A stretch of DNA of 64,000 nt from an uncultured virus (IMG/VR IMGVR_UViG_3300027769_000015) (IMGVR_UViG_3300027769_000015), one strand, 5' to 3'. Positions 1-10,413 are shown, counted from the first letter of the stretch. The notes: generated from the sequence alone by a model not told the origin. Numbers and translations are program-made.

Positions 1-1
1 C

Positions 2-121
2 TTTAGTGTACTGTCAAGCATTGCGACATTTATTACAGGGACACTTGCTGGATTAATGATTTCGACTGGTGGCAATAAAGAAGATAAAAATGGAAATGGT
101 ATTCCAGACGACGAAGAATAA
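2..121 (+). CDS. 3' end of a small membrane protein (partial, starts before window)
   Basis: Frame 2 reads FSVLSSIATFITGTLAGLMISTGGNKEDKNGNGIPDDEE* (hydrophobic helix, then acidic tail); TAA at 119-121, just before the next ATG at 130. Confidence 0.6.
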   Translation, partial: FSVLSSIATFITGTLAGLMISTGGNKEDKNGNGIPDDEE

Positions 122-129
122 TTATTAGG

Positions 130-729
130 ATGTCTTTAGAAAGCGATGCCTGGAATAATTGCAAAGAAGAAGATCTCTGGATATTTAATAAGTTAATCGT
201 TGCAAGACGTTCTGGTCATTTATGTGGTCCGAGTGGAGTTGAAGTTCCATCTCCTGGTGAGTATTTTGTAAGACCAGTTATGAATATAGAAGGTATGGGC
301 AAGAATGCCCGTATTGAATATTTGGAGAATAGAACTGATCATTTACATCCTGGGGAATTTTGGTGTGAGATATTTACCGGTGATCATATCAGTATCGATT
401 ATCGTGGGTATGAACCAATATTGTCAGTAATTGGAACCAAACACGAAGTGCTCCCGTATGCAAGATTTACTCATTGGGTTAAGACAGAACAGACTTATCC
501 ACTTCCACCGTTTATAGGATTAATACCACTTAGGTATAAGGCAATTAATTGCGAATTTATAGATGGAAAACTTATAGAAATACATCTTCGTAATAATCCA
601 GATTTTTCATATGGAAATACATCTATGATTCCAGTGTGGAAAGATGAAGAAGATCCAAGACCAGAAGGATATAAGTTTATTAGCGATAATGATGAAGAAT
701 TAGATCGTTTAGGAATTTGGATTCGCTAA
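130..729 (+). CDS. hypothetical phage protein, possibly ATP-grasp-like
   Basis: 199 aa ORF with AGGA upstream; YFVRP..N..GMG, WCE.F.G.H.S.D and IEIHLR segments resemble ATP-grasp motifs. Confidence 0.5.
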   Translation: MSLESDAWNNCKEEDLWIFNKLIVARRSGHLCGPSGVEVPSPGEYFVRPVMNIEGMGKNARIEYLENRTDHLHPGEFWCEIFTGDHISIDYRGYEPILSVIGTKHEVLPYARFTHWVKTEQTYPLPPFIGLIPLRYKAINCEFIDGKLIEIHLRNNPDFSYGNTSMIPVWKDEEDPRPEGYKFISDNDEELDRLGIWIR

Positions 730-1265
730 TTAACATATTCCTTTACACACCAAAAATTAGTAGAACTATATCTGATTCCAGAAATTACTGGTAATACTTC
801 GTGTATATATTTTTCATCTGATGGAAACAATAATAAACTTCCAGCTGTTGGTTTAATTTTTAAATCTTGATTAACAAAAAAAATTTCTCCACCTTTGTAA
901 TCTTCATTGTAATATAGGGTAGATGAAATATCTCTTGATGGATAACCATTTGGAGTAGGAATATTTTGCCCAGGTACATTATCTATATGTTCTGGTAAAA
1001 AAGATCCAGGCGCATAAACTGTCATTCCATTTAAAGTTTCTTCAAATATCTTACAGGAAAACTTCTGTTCTATATTTTCTTGAATAGATTTATTTAAAAA
1101 AGAAAAAATATCACAAGCTATAGAATCACCATTTGGTTGCAAGAATTCAAAAGGATTACCGCTATAATCGTCTTTAACGGGGACTACATTCTTTGTCCAA
1201 GACATAAGCTTATCCATTAGTTCTTTAGGTATAAAATTTTTAATATAAAAAATTTCTGAAACCAT
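726..1265 (-). CDS. 2OG-Fe(II) oxygenase (prolyl-4-hydroxylase-like)
   Basis: HID...LYYNEDYKGGE...FPS...HEV..V.SG.RY motif set. Confidence 0.9.
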   Translation of the reverse strand: MVSEIFYIKNFIPKELMDKLMSWTKNVVPVKDDYSGNPFEFLQPNGDSIACDIFSFLNKSIQENIEQKFSCKIFEETLNGMTVYAPGSFLPEHIDNVPGQNIPTPNGYPSRDISSTLYYNEDYKGGEIFFVNQDLKIKPTAGSLLLFPSDEKYIHEVLPVISGIRYSSTNFWCVKEYVN

Positions 1266-1303
1266 ATTAATTTTATACTATATTATAACTAAAGAAAACA
1301 ATG

Positions 1304-1897
1304 TTAGACAAACAAAGTTTTCTTTGCATACTTAGCAATTCCGTAATTATGGTTTCTCATGTCTAGTGAAATAAGAACATAATCAGATAGATAAGAATCT
1401 ATAAATCTTCTATTGTCAGAAGAGTGATATTCTATTAAATAAATATCTGGTTGAAACGTTATAGCACTGAGAATCTCAACTTCATAACCTTCGGTGTCTA
1501 TTTTGACTATATCAGCTTTAGGAAGTTTAGATCCAGGAAAAATATCTATTGTCTCACCTTCTTCACGCTGTTCCACACCTTGAATTAAAGAAGCTTCTCC
1601 TATGTTGTTTTTTCCATAGTAAATTTTCTTTTTTTCTTTTTTCTTACCAATCGCTACATTATTTATTTCCACATTTGGAATATCAGAAGTGTTAGCTTGA
1701 AGAATTTGAAAAGTATTCTTAACTGGTTCATAACAATGAATCTTTGAATTAGGCCATCTATAATTTGCCCATCTAGCAAAGCCGCCAATATTTGCACCTA
1801 TATCTAAGATGGTTGGATTTGGGTTGTTGTAACCAATGTTATATTCACCATTAAATATCTTAGCGATGTGAACGATCATGTCATCTGGTATTATCAT
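1304..1897 (-). CDS. FkbM family methyltransferase
   Basis: ILDIGANIG, YEP and KIDTEGYE motifs. Confidence 0.9.
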   Translation of the reverse strand: MIIPDDMIVHIAKIFNGEYNIGYNNPNPTILDIGANIGGFARWANYRWPNSKIHCYEPVKNTFQILQANTSDIPNVEINNVAIGKKKEKKKIYYGKNNIGEASLIQGVEQREEGETIDIFPGSKLPKADIVKIDTEGYEVEILSAITFQPDIYLIEYHSSDNRRFIDSYLSDYVLISLDMRNHNYGIAKYAKKTLFV

Positions 1898-1899
1898 AA

Positions 1900-2493
1900 T
1901 TAAGCGTACTGCTTACCTTTCCATTTTTTTACTTTCCAAAAAACAGTTGTATTATAACGTTCTCCAGCAGTAACTGTTTCTACTCCATGGGCGTAGTTTC
2001 CTCCGCCAGGAAAATACACTAAAGTTCCAGCTTTAGGTTTAAAGCTTAAATCATATTGACTAAAAAAGAAATTTCCACCTTCATAATCATCGTTATAATA
2101 TAGTATATTACTTAAATCACGCCAAGATTCACACACTTTGTCTGCGTGTTCATTGAGATGATCTCCAGTTAAGTAACGAGCAGCTTGATTAAACGAGGCG
2201 GGTTCTACTTCACAATCAAAATCTCTTTCTAGAAGAACTTGAACTTTTTCCCTATAATTATCCATCAACAAAGACACCTCTTGATCTTCATCAAACCTAA
2301 GCATTGCTAATGGAAATTCCACTGGATTAGCATTCTCTACAAAACCAACTTTTTTGATGTAATCATTAATCATTTTTAAATGATCTTCTGATATAAAGTT
2401 TTCAACTATGTAAATATTTTTTATGTCCTCAGGATCTATTAACACATTTTCAGATCCCTCATAAATGTAACCACTATTGTTTTTTAAATACAT
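1900..2493 (-). CDS. 2OG-Fe(II) oxygenase (prolyl-4-hydroxylase-like)
   Basis: HAD...LYYNDDYEGG...FP...HGV..V.AGERY motif set. Confidence 0.9.
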   Translation of the reverse strand: MYLKNNSGYIYEGSENVLIDPEDIKNIYIVENFISEDHLKMINDYIKKVGFVENANPVEFPLAMLRFDEDQEVSLLMDNYREKVQVLLERDFDCEVEPASFNQAARYLTGDHLNEHADKVCESWRDLSNILYYNDDYEGGNFFFSQYDLSFKPKAGTLVYFPGGGNYAHGVETVTAGERYNTTVFWKVKKWKGKQYA

Positions 2494-2494
2494 A

Positions 2495-3241
2495 TTAACC
2501 CCAAACAGGTATGGAACCGTATATTAGTGTTTTTTGCATTAGCGCGTTGTCCTGACCAGAAAAAGTATATGCGGTACATCTGTTATCCCAAATAATTATA
2601 TCACCTTGGTTTAGATTAACTGTAAAGCAATTATCTTTATCTTGAAAAAACTCCAACAAATACTTTAAATAATCCTGCCACACATCATTATCTTTTCCTA
2701 TAGTAGAAGGGCCGCTGTAAAATACAGATTCCCTGCTTGTTTCTGGGTGAACCCTTAGCGCTGGGTATTGGTAACCTGGAGTAGTCTGTCTTGAAAATAA
2801 ATCTCTAGGATTTAATATATTCCAACCAGTTGCTTTATGCTTTGTGATAAAATCAAATGTTTCTTTATTAAGAAGAGTTCTTACTTTCTCTAAATCAACC
2901 CAAGTCATGTGAATAGCATCTTCTTCTGCACTTAGTATATTGAGCCCGCAAATGTCAGCAACTTCTATATCCCAACAAGAGTCAATCTGCCAACGCGCAT
3001 AATATCCATATTCTCCAGCTTTAGAGTGCTGTAGTTTTGTTAGATGATTGTATTTATAGTCATCATCCATCGAAAGAACATTGTCTTTTTTTAGTAAGGA
3101 TTTCATTAAATCATAATATTGATTAATATCATATTTAGCGTTTTTGAAGACTAGCACTTTGTGATTTAAAAGGTTATCGCGCAAACTAAACGCAGGACTT
3201 CCCAGTATCCCAATATCGTTTACATGGCCAAATTCAGACAT
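2495..3241 (-). CDS. TauD/TfdA-like dioxygenase fold protein with degenerate iron ligands
   Basis: HKVLVFKN, YPALRVHPET and GDIIIWDNRCT match TauD; the WHxD and TxH positions read WQID and TAY. Confidence 0.75.
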   Translation of the reverse strand: MSEFGHVNDIGILGSPAFSLRDNLLNHKVLVFKNAKYDINQYYDLMKSLLKKDNVLSMDDDYKYNHLTKLQHSKAGEYGYYARWQIDSCWDIEVADICGLNILSAEEDAIHMTWVDLEKVRTLLNKETFDFITKHKATGWNILNPRDLFSRQTTPGYQYPALRVHPETSRESVFYSGPSTIGKDNDVWQDYLKYLLEFFQDKDNCFTVNLNQGDIIIWDNRCTAYTFSGQDNALMQKTLIYGSIPVWG

Positions 3242-3247
3242 GTTTCA

Positions 3248-3256
3248 ATTATATCA
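3248..3256 (-). promoter_or_regulatory. extended -10 promoter (TGnTATAAT), leaderless transcript
   Basis: Minus strand TGATATAAT lies 6 nt before the ATG at 3241; no SD sequence. Confidence 0.6.
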
Positions 3257-3351
3257 TATAGTTTATTATTTTAAAATTCCCTTATAGGGTAAAATTGGAA
3301 AAAAATTTTTGAGGCCAAATCCATTTTTAGAAAAACGTTCTGACCCCAAAA

Positions 3352-3510
3352 CTACTTAACTAAATTATATATATCTAAAAGAATATCTTCTAGTTCTTGA
3401 TGAGTAAACAATTCTCTATTTTGTTTTGTCATTTCAGCCAGCAAAAATTCAACTGATGCTTTAATGCTGGCTACTTTAACATCTTCTTTATCTAAAAGAA
3501 GTCTGCTCAT
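3352..3510 (-). CDS. hypothetical protein (52 aa)
   Basis: MSRLLLDKEDVKVASIKASVEFLLAEMTKQNRELFTHQELEDILLDIYNLVK*, directly after the 3513 stop; below the ORF-track cutoff. Confidence 0.65.
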   Translation of the reverse strand: MSRLLLDKEDVKVASIKASVEFLLAEMTKQNRELFTHQELEDILLDIYNLVK

Positions 3511-3512
3511 TA

Positions 3513-6500
3513 CTAGGCCTCATCATTTTTTAAAAGAACATGTATATAATGAACAGCAAGTGCTACACCTGTTGCTATCATAGCTGTCTTTCTTGTGTCT
3601 CCAGACAATGTAATGAATACAACTACGCTACCAGCTAATGTAAATGATAGTGCTGCTGTCTCATTGACAAACTTTCTTATTAGTCCGAGCCAACTTATTT
3701 TTCTCTTCCATATACCCTCCTCCAGGTAATAGTTAAATATACTGTTTCTTGTTAATTCTTCGTCGTCTTCGTCTTCTGGACCAGCTATCTCTCCTGCTGG
3801 CTCTTCGCCTTCTTCTTCTCTTCTACTACGGCCCTCTGGACTTGAGCTACTAGATCCGCCTCCAGAACTGCCACCAGAACCGCCTGTGGAGCCTCCAGAA
3901 GCTCCTCCTGTGGCTGCAGCTCCAGCTACGGCTGCAACAGCTGTAGTGGCTGCTATAAGCGTTCTACGGCTTCCTACGTCAACCTGTGAACCTACGGCAA
4001 CATAGTCGTCAAGACCCTCACCATAGATGTCAATGGTCTCTTCAAAGGTTTCTTTAATTTCCTGAGGAGCATCGGTCACTGCAGCAACAAGGGCTGCTTC
4101 TTCGGCCTGAGTTAGGTCTTCAACAGGGATAGTTTCGAACACTGCTTTAGCTTGGGTGGTATCGATACTTTCCAGAACCTTAGAGCTACTTGCAAGATCG
4201 GTTGCTTGATCTTCAGTTATTTCATTTTCAAGTACTGCATCTACTGCCTCAGCTACCTGTTCTTCTGAAACTGTATCTGATTCTAGAACATTTAAAACTT
4301 CAGCGAATTGTTCATCGGTGATATCTTCTGTGATAACTGAATCTATAACTGCGGTAAACTGTTCATCGGATAATGGCTCATCGAATACTGCATCGAGAAC
4401 TGCGGCAAATTCTTCTGTCGAAATATCAGCTGACAACACTGCATCAAGTGCAGCCACCAAGACTTCTGCTTCTACGTCTGCAGTAAATACAGCATCGAGA
4501 ACTTCAGTCAACTGTTCAGCAGATACATCAGAAGTAAAAATATCATCTAACACTGCTGCGACTTCTTCTGATGAAGTTGTATCTATACTATCTATAATAT
4601 TAATTATTTCTTCATCGGTGAAATCAGTTGTTTCATCTGGTAAAGTATCTACAGGAGGTTCAGTTGATTCTGTTTCAGGTTCTGTCGTCGTTGTTTCAGG
4701 TTCTGTCGTTGTTGTTTCTGTTTCTTCAGGCAGCGTCTCTTCCGTGGCTGGCGTGGTGTCTTCTGGGACTGTGGTCTCTGGCTCAGGTTCTACAGGGACG
4801 ACCACTACCACTGGCTCTGTGGTCGTTGACACTACTTCCGTCGTTGTTGTTGTTGACGTGGTTGTAGTGCTCGTGGAAACCCCAACCTGGATTGAAACGA
4901 CATTTGAGTTCGCTGAATACTTTGAGAAAGTATCGTTATCAGAGCGGATGTGGAATGGGAATGTTTCACCTTCTTCACCGAATGAGTAGATAACCGAATA
5001 TGGAATTTCAATTGATGTATTCAGTGCATTTGCACCGCCGACATTTCCTGTAGCGATTCCACCTCCACCAAGACTTCCAGACCACGAAATTGCGTATCGT
5101 TCAGGAAGGTATCCGCCGCCAACTGGTGCATCCCAATCAAGAAAAATCCCCGTACCAGTATCGGTTGCCGTTAGGTTGCTTGGGGCACTAATCGTATCGG
5201 GGAATGTGTTTGAACTTTGCGCAAATACCGTTCCTGTTGTGTAAGGGCGTGCCGTCCCTTCTGCATTTGTGGTTCCATTCCACTGATAGTAGCGAACCCA
5301 TACGCCATTTGCGTCCCAGGCATTGCCGACCACAGTTGACCAACCTTGATATTTTTGTCCACTCGTATTTGTGTCGTCAAGATAAATAGCAATCGAGTTA
5401 TTGGTGAAGGTGTTTCCACTAATCAAACGATTATCTGTACCCATATTAAAAGATGCTGGAATCCAACCATTGTGGTAAACGCCAATACCGTTACCTGTGA
5501 ACGTGGAGTTCAAGACTTGACCTCTATTCAAACCTTGAATGTTCACTGCATAAGAGTTATTTGTAAATGTTGAGTTTTGCACCTTAGTAAAGCGCTGGGT
5601 ATTAATGCCAGAACCATTGTTGCTGAAAACACAGTTATCTACATATGTCTTATTCTGAAAAGCAGAATCTGTTTGGTCTGCCCAAGTTGTAACCCCAGAC
5701 GGAAGTTGTGGAGTTGAACCATGGTCGCCACCAATTCCAATGCTCAGGTAGTCAAATGTACAGTTTGTGTAAGTTGCTGTTGAACCAGCAGCATTATTCC
5801 AAACAGCACTGCCGCCAGTCATAGCCGTAAATCTCAAGTTTGTTGCAACTACAGTTCCTTGGGAGTTGTATATGAGGCCACCATAAACATTTTGTCCCTG
5901 CTTAAGTGTCATGTCGGAGACCGTAAGGCTCCTGCCAGATGGAACATTGAATATGCGATACAAATTGTTTCCATCAATGATTGTCTGCGTTCTGCTGTTA
6001 CCAGTGATAGTCACATTCTGTGTTATCTGTGGCAAAGCACTCGTTAAAGTTATTGTTCCATCAACACCAAAAGTGATTGAATCATAAATGCCACCGGCCG
6101 TAGCGTTTGCTTGTGTGATTGCCCAACGGAGTGTCCCACTTGAAGTTGTATCATCAAGGCTTGTCACAACCAGTGATGTTGGTGCAGGGATATCGTTGGG
6201 TACAAATGACATGGTTGATCCGTATGCAGAACCAGAAGCATTAGTTACTTTAAGTCTGAAGTAGTATGTTGTTGAACCAGTCAAACCAGAAACAACGGTA
6301 GATACGGTTGAGAGTGATGTTCCATCAAAACTTCCAGATACTGGAACATCCACTACGGTTCCAGAGAAGTCTGCTGTAGTGCTGTATTGGAAGACGGCTG
6401 TAGAGCTGAAACCGTTAGGGTTTAATGTTCCAGAAAGAGTTACAGGACCATCATCAACCGTGACTGTTGGTTCTTCTGATGAAACTATCGGAGCAGTTGC

Positions 6501-7781
6501 GGCTAGAGTATCAAAGTCAAATACTGCTGACTCTGTAGTTCCAGTCTCGTTAGTTGCAACAATCTTTGCGTAATAAGTTTCGCTTGGGTCAAGACCAGTG
6601 ATCTCTGCGTCAATAGCAAGCTCGTCTGAACCAGTCAGTGTTCCCATTGATACAGAGCTAGAGGTAGCAAAGCTTGAATCAGTGGAGTAGACCAACGCTG
6701 CTGTGGTTGAGAAACCCTTTGGGTTTACTGTTGATGCCACAGTTGCAGAAGTCTGGCCAATGCCACTTACTACTGGTGCACCTAATACTGGAGCATTATT
6801 TCCATCCGCTGAAAGCACATAGCTGATACGAAAAGAAGTAGAAGCACCAGCACCAAGAGTAGGAACATTGAGAGCAACATAAATACCTGCATCTGCAAGC
6901 ATTTCCCCAACATTGCCGAGATATGTGCCACTTGTTGAAAGGTTGTTACCAGCAGTCCAAATATCTGAAGGGTCCGGCGAGGAGAATCCACCAGCTTGAC
7001 GAGCTACACGAGCACGAGCATCAAATGACTGAAGTGCAATAAATGAGTTATTTCCCCAACGGGCTGTTGCTTGTGCCTCTGTCCCTTGACCAGTCACAGC
7101 ATTGCAAGACTGAAACATATTCGTTCCAGCCGTTGAACCAGCGCAGGTCATTGAGCCAGATCCTGTTGCGTTATCTGGATCAAACCCACGACCAAAATAA
7201 ATGTCGCTGACAGCCGAGCCTGTTGTGTTAGTGAGGGTCACATCTGTATGCAAAGCCTGCCCTGCCGTTGGCACACAATATCTTTGTGAAATGCTCACTC
7301 CGTTATACGGGCTTGCACTATTCCAAGAGACACACTGCGAAGAACCTGAGTTCTGAATATCGGATACAGCACCAGAAACCCCAGTTTGTCCATGGTCGTT
7401 CCTGCCGAGGCTTGAACCGACCTTTACCTGCCAGCCCTCAAAGGGTGAGCCAGGGCAGAAGTAGTCACCATCGTCTGTAGAGCTTCCCCATCCATCCATT
7501 TCACGGTCAACACGGAAACCAAGACAGTTTGAGGGATTGGCATGGAAGCCGCTTGGGACATTCGTTGAGCCGAACGCTCCGTTTACTCGTACACCAACTT
7601 CAGCAAATTCTCCCTGAAGGAAGGCTTGTCCATTGGATATTTGTGTATTTGTGGTGAATGTTGCTTGAGCTGGTGTTGCAGATCCAACTGGCGGCACAAA
7701 TGTTGCAATCAAAAATAAAGGAACAAAAACCCATGCGCCTTTACGCGTAAAAGCGTATCTTAATTTATTAAGTATATTCAA
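3513..7781 (-). CDS. large membrane-anchored surface protein (signal peptide, FN3-like domains, beta-helix, Thr/Glu/Pro linker, acidic repeats, C-terminal TM helices)
   Basis: 1422 aa; N-terminal hydrophobic segment; GLDPSETYY and GLTGSTTYYFRL FN3 motifs; GTLRWAITQAN and NxTFxxN beta-helix repeats; TTTTEPE linker; two C-terminal hydrophobic helices. Confidence 0.8.
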   Translation of the reverse strand: MNILNKLRYAFTRKGAWVFVPLFLIATFVPPVGSATPAQATFTTNTQISNGQAFLQGEFAEVGVRVNGAFGSTNVPSGFHANPSNCLGFRVDREMDGWGSSTDDGDYFCPGSPFEGWQVKVGSSLGRNDHGQTGVSGAVSDIQNSGSSQCVSWNSASPYNGVSISQRYCVPTAGQALHTDVTLTNTTGSAVSDIYFGRGFDPDNATGSGSMTCAGSTAGTNMFQSCNAVTGQGTEAQATARWGNNSFIALQSFDARARVARQAGGFSSPDPSDIWTAGNNLSTSGTYLGNVGEMLADAGIYVALNVPTLGAGASTSFRISYVLSADGNNAPVLGAPVVSGIGQTSATVASTVNPKGFSTTAALVYSTDSSFATSSSVSMGTLTGSDELAIDAEITGLDPSETYYAKIVATNETGTTESAVFDFDTLAATAPIVSSEEPTVTVDDGPVTLSGTLNPNGFSSTAVFQYSTTADFSGTVVDVPVSGSFDGTSLSTVSTVVSGLTGSTTYYFRLKVTNASGSAYGSTMSFVPNDIPAPTSLVVTSLDDTTSSGTLRWAITQANATAGGIYDSITFGVDGTITLTSALPQITQNVTITGNSRTQTIIDGNNLYRIFNVPSGRSLTVSDMTLKQGQNVYGGLIYNSQGTVVATNLRFTAMTGGSAVWNNAAGSTATYTNCTFDYLSIGIGGDHGSTPQLPSGVTTWADQTDSAFQNKTYVDNCVFSNNGSGINTQRFTKVQNSTFTNNSYAVNIQGLNRGQVLNSTFTGNGIGVYHNGWIPASFNMGTDNRLISGNTFTNNSIAIYLDDTNTSGQKYQGWSTVVGNAWDANGVWVRYYQWNGTTNAEGTARPYTTGTVFAQSSNTFPDTISAPSNLTATDTGTGIFLDWDAPVGGGYLPERYAISWSGSLGGGGIATGNVGGANALNTSIEIPYSVIYSFGEEGETFPFHIRSDNDTFSKYSANSNVVSIQVGVSTSTTTTSTTTTTEVVSTTTEPVVVVVPVEPEPETTVPEDTTPATEETLPEETETTTTEPETTTTEPETESTEPPVDTLPDETTDFTDEEIINIIDSIDTTSSEEVAAVLDDIFTSDVSAEQLTEVLDAVFTADVEAEVLVAALDAVLSADISTEEFAAVLDAVFDEPLSDEQFTAVIDSVITEDITDEQFAEVLNVLESDTVSEEQVAEAVDAVLENEITEDQATDLASSSKVLESIDTTQAKAVFETIPVEDLTQAEEAALVAAVTDAPQEIKETFEETIDIYGEGLDDYVAVGSQVDVGSRRTLIAATTAVAAVAGAAATGGASGGSTGGSGGSSGGGSSSSSPEGRSRREEEGEEPAGEIAGPEDEDDEELTRNSIFNYYLEEGIWKRKISWLGLIRKFVNETAALSFTLAGSVVVFITLSGDTRKTAMIATGVALAVHYIHVLLKNDEA

Positions 7782-7848
7782 CTGATTACCCCTTCAGTTA
7801 GTTATACCTAATAGTAAAGTAAGTTTACTTGAGGGTAACCCCTAGAAA

Positions 7849-7884
7849 CAAAAATCCCCTGATGTATTTCTACACCAGGGGATT
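7849..7884 (-). terminator. intrinsic terminator
   Basis: AATCCCCTG...CAGGGGATT stem followed by a T-run on the minus strand, downstream of 7914..8456. Confidence 0.7.
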
Positions 7885-7913
7885 AGAGCATCTGACTTCG
7901 TGATACTAGTGTA

Positions 7914-8456
7914 TCATATCTTTGTTGCTATAACACCTAGATTTGGAATATTTTTTCCAAAATCTTTTTTTGTTTCCTCGGGAAGAATATCGTCGTCAAT
8001 ATCGTATTGCCAAAAACCAGCGTCAAAACCCGTAGCCTCCATGCCAATTGCTTGGAAATCCTTAATCAACTCTTCTTGTGACCACATACTTTGATGTTGC
8101 TGTAGGATATTTGAATTGCATCTGCTGGCAGGAGTAAATATTGGAGCTCTCATTGCCCTAAACGATATTTTTCCGTCCACCCACAATTTTATAACTCTAC
8201 CAACATCTGTTTGTATCACCTTAATTGTTCCACCACGCTTAAGCTTTCTAAGCATGTGTAGCAAGAAAGACTTGTACTGCAATACAGATATATGCTCAAG
8301 GGTATGTGACAGGAAAAATTCATCCACAGTTCCATCATCACAGAACGAATCAAGATCCATTATGTTAGCCTCTATATCACAAACTTCAGCTAGGTTAACT
8401 GTTTTATATTCTGATCCCCTGCCGATTCCACCAAGGTTAAATTTAATACTATTCAT
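7914..8456 (-). CDS. class I SAM-dependent methyltransferase-like protein
   Basis: NLGG.G, VDEFFLSHTLEHI and LKRGGTI motifs. Confidence 0.75.
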   Translation of the reverse strand: MNSIKFNLGGIGRGSEYKTVNLAEVCDIEANIMDLDSFCDDGTVDEFFLSHTLEHISVLQYKSFLLHMLRKLKRGGTIKVIQTDVGRVIKLWVDGKISFRAMRAPIFTPASRCNSNILQQHQSMWSQEELIKDFQAIGMEATGFDAGFWQYDIDDDILPEETKKDFGKNIPNLGVIATKI

Positions 8457-8458
8457 AT

Positions 8459-9160
8459 TTACTCATCTCTCGTATGTATATTAAGGTTTAGCCAATCCAT
8501 ACGATAAAGACTATTTGGTAATACATCTGGTTTTAATTCAGTTTTCCAAAGACAATAAGGAAAGCTAACTTGATCCTGATAGGACCATTGTAAATTTTGT
8601 TGATGCCATAAAGCGCCAAGCTCTTTTACTTTTGGATTTGTCATATCTCTAGCTGAAACTCCACAGGCGTATAGGCCATAATCTTCTGGAAATCCTTCTG
8701 ATCTATAAAAATCACACTGCGCATCGAGTGGTTCGTTTGCATACTTTGGCGGTCTAATTGTTGCTTCCCCATAAGCACAATATCTACCAGGATTACCTAA
8801 AGCATCGGGGTGTGGAGATGCAACAAAACCATTATCCATATAAGAAAGAATTTCTGAAACAAAATTAGGATTATAAATTTCAATCTCTCCGTCAATCCAA
8901 ATAAAATATTTATACTTATTTAAAACTTCAATAGAGTGCGGATCTAATTTAGGTCTTTTAGATCTTCTTCTATTATCAAGATGAGCATCGGATTCTGGAA
9001 GGTGATGAACTTGCCATGGAGATGGTATATCGAATATTGATTTACCATCTGTAAAATAGATATAATCAACACCAGGTATAACAACCTGTCTAGTAGCGTA
9101 ATCATAACCTCCAGTTACTGCAGTGCATATAACTGTATTTCCAAACCAATCTGTTACCAT
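8459..9160 (-). CDS. glycosyltransferase (DUF616/TOD1-like)
   Basis: CTAVTGGYD, YIYFTD, IWIDG and DQVSFPYCLWK motifs. Confidence 0.8.
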   Translation of the reverse strand: MVTDWFGNTVICTAVTGGYDYATRQVVIPGVDYIYFTDGKSIFDIPSPWQVHHLPESDAHLDNRRRSKRPKLDPHSIEVLNKYKYFIWIDGEIEIYNPNFVSEILSYMDNGFVASPHPDALGNPGRYCAYGEATIRPPKYANEPLDAQCDFYRSEGFPEDYGLYACGVSARDMTNPKVKELGALWHQQNLQWSYQDQVSFPYCLWKTELKPDVLPNSLYRMDWLNLNIHTRDE

Positions 9161-9161
9161 A

Positions 9162-9737
9162 TCACAACTTTCTTGCGTCTACTTTTAATATATAATCTTG
9201 ATGAATTATACTTTTTTCTGCATCAACTTTTAATAACCCAAACTCATCTGCCTCGACAACGTCAATAATTTCAAGTCCTAAATTCTTTAAGTCATCAATC
9301 AACATTCTACTAGTTAATCCAACATAATGAAAGTCGTATTGATTACTTTGTCCAGCAAAAAATATTTGCTGCATAGCTCTATCACCTTCAAGTGAATCTA
9401 AAGCTAATAACTTTTTACATGCATTAAAAAAATCTGGAACTTCTACTCTTATCATTCCACCTGGCTTAAGTATTCTACACCACTCCTTTAGCGCAGATTG
9501 ATACTCGTTCCACGGAAAGTGCTCCAAACATTCTGAACTATAGACTATGTCTGCATGGTTGTCTGGTAGTGGTATATTTCTTGCATCCGAAACTATATCT
9601 ACATCATAACATTTACCATCTACCGCATGAAGGTAGAATGGGTCTATATCTACATGCACCCAATCGGAACCCAAGTATGTCCTAGTGCCGATTACAACTT
9701 TAATTCCCTCACCTTGAGGTATTCTATCTATTCTCAT
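9162..9737 (-). CDS. class I SAM-dependent methyltransferase
   Basis: DARNIPLPDNHADIVYSSECLEHF, WCRILKPGGMIRVEVPD. Confidence 0.85.
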   Translation of the reverse strand: MRIDRIPQGEGIKVVIGTRTYLGSDWVHVDIDPFYLHAVDGKCYDVDIVSDARNIPLPDNHADIVYSSECLEHFPWNEYQSALKEWCRILKPGGMIRVEVPDFFNACKKLLALDSLEGDRAMQQIFFAGQSNQYDFHYVGLTSRMLIDDLKNLGLEIIDVVEADEFGLLKVDAEKSIIHQDYILKVDARKL

Positions 9738-9742
9738 TTAGA

Positions 9743-10411
9743 TTACCTATAATTTTGCGTAATTGGATAAGGCATTGTTTTTATAAGTCTGTCCGTATAA
9801 TGATAGCACAGTGGATGAAATATCTCGAGCAATATCTCGCCCCATTGTATTGGATATCTTGTAATAAAAGTATCAGCTGCTTCTCTACTTTCTTTTGCAG
9901 GAAACTTCTGCAGATTATTAAATTTTATATCCATAACTGACAACAGTGTGTTATACCATCTTGTTGTAAATTCAGTATTAGGTTTGAATATATATAAATC
10001 ATTCGTCATCAATTTGTCCCAGTGTTGGCCAAGCCAAGGTCTCTGTTTTGGGGTAACGCTTAATTCAAATTCATCTTCTGGTGCACCGATACCAAATGCA
10101 TCTGATGCTTCAAGTTGATCAAAGTATGGATTCCAGTCCCATGAGCATGGTTTAATGTCACTATATCCACCACCATGATGATGCATGAAATAGGTCCTCA
10201 AGTAATCCGCCTTGTGGACATCTGAAAGATACTGGTATCCCGGGTGCAAAGGATAATCAGGTAATATATACTCATTCAAATTATCATTAGTTATTAATAC
10301 GTGATTGACCTTAGAATTATTTCTTAAACTTTCAATTCCGTTAATCCTATTTTGATTCATAATTAGATTGTTGCTTCCAACCCAAAAAGAATATAAGTTT
10401 CTTTGCAACAT
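9743..10411 (-). CDS. glycosyltransferase (GT32 / capsular polysaccharide synthesis-like)
   Basis: SFWVG, HKADYLR...HHGGGYSD motif. Confidence 0.8.
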   Translation of the reverse strand: MLQRNLYSFWVGSNNLIMNQNRINGIESLRNNSKVNHVLITNDNLNEYILPDYPLHPGYQYLSDVHKADYLRTYFMHHHGGGYSDIKPCSWDWNPYFDQLEASDAFGIGAPEDEFELSVTPKQRPWLGQHWDKLMTNDLYIFKPNTEFTTRWYNTLLSVMDIKFNNLQKFPAKESREAADTFITRYPIQWGEILLEIFHPLCYHYTDRLIKTMPYPITQNYR

Positions 10412-10413
10412 TT

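Noticed and set aside
4318..4989. 223 aa plus-strand ORF and other short antisense ORFs in the track
   Set aside because: They mirror low-complexity or codon-biased minus-strand genes and lack SD sequences or recognisable motifs
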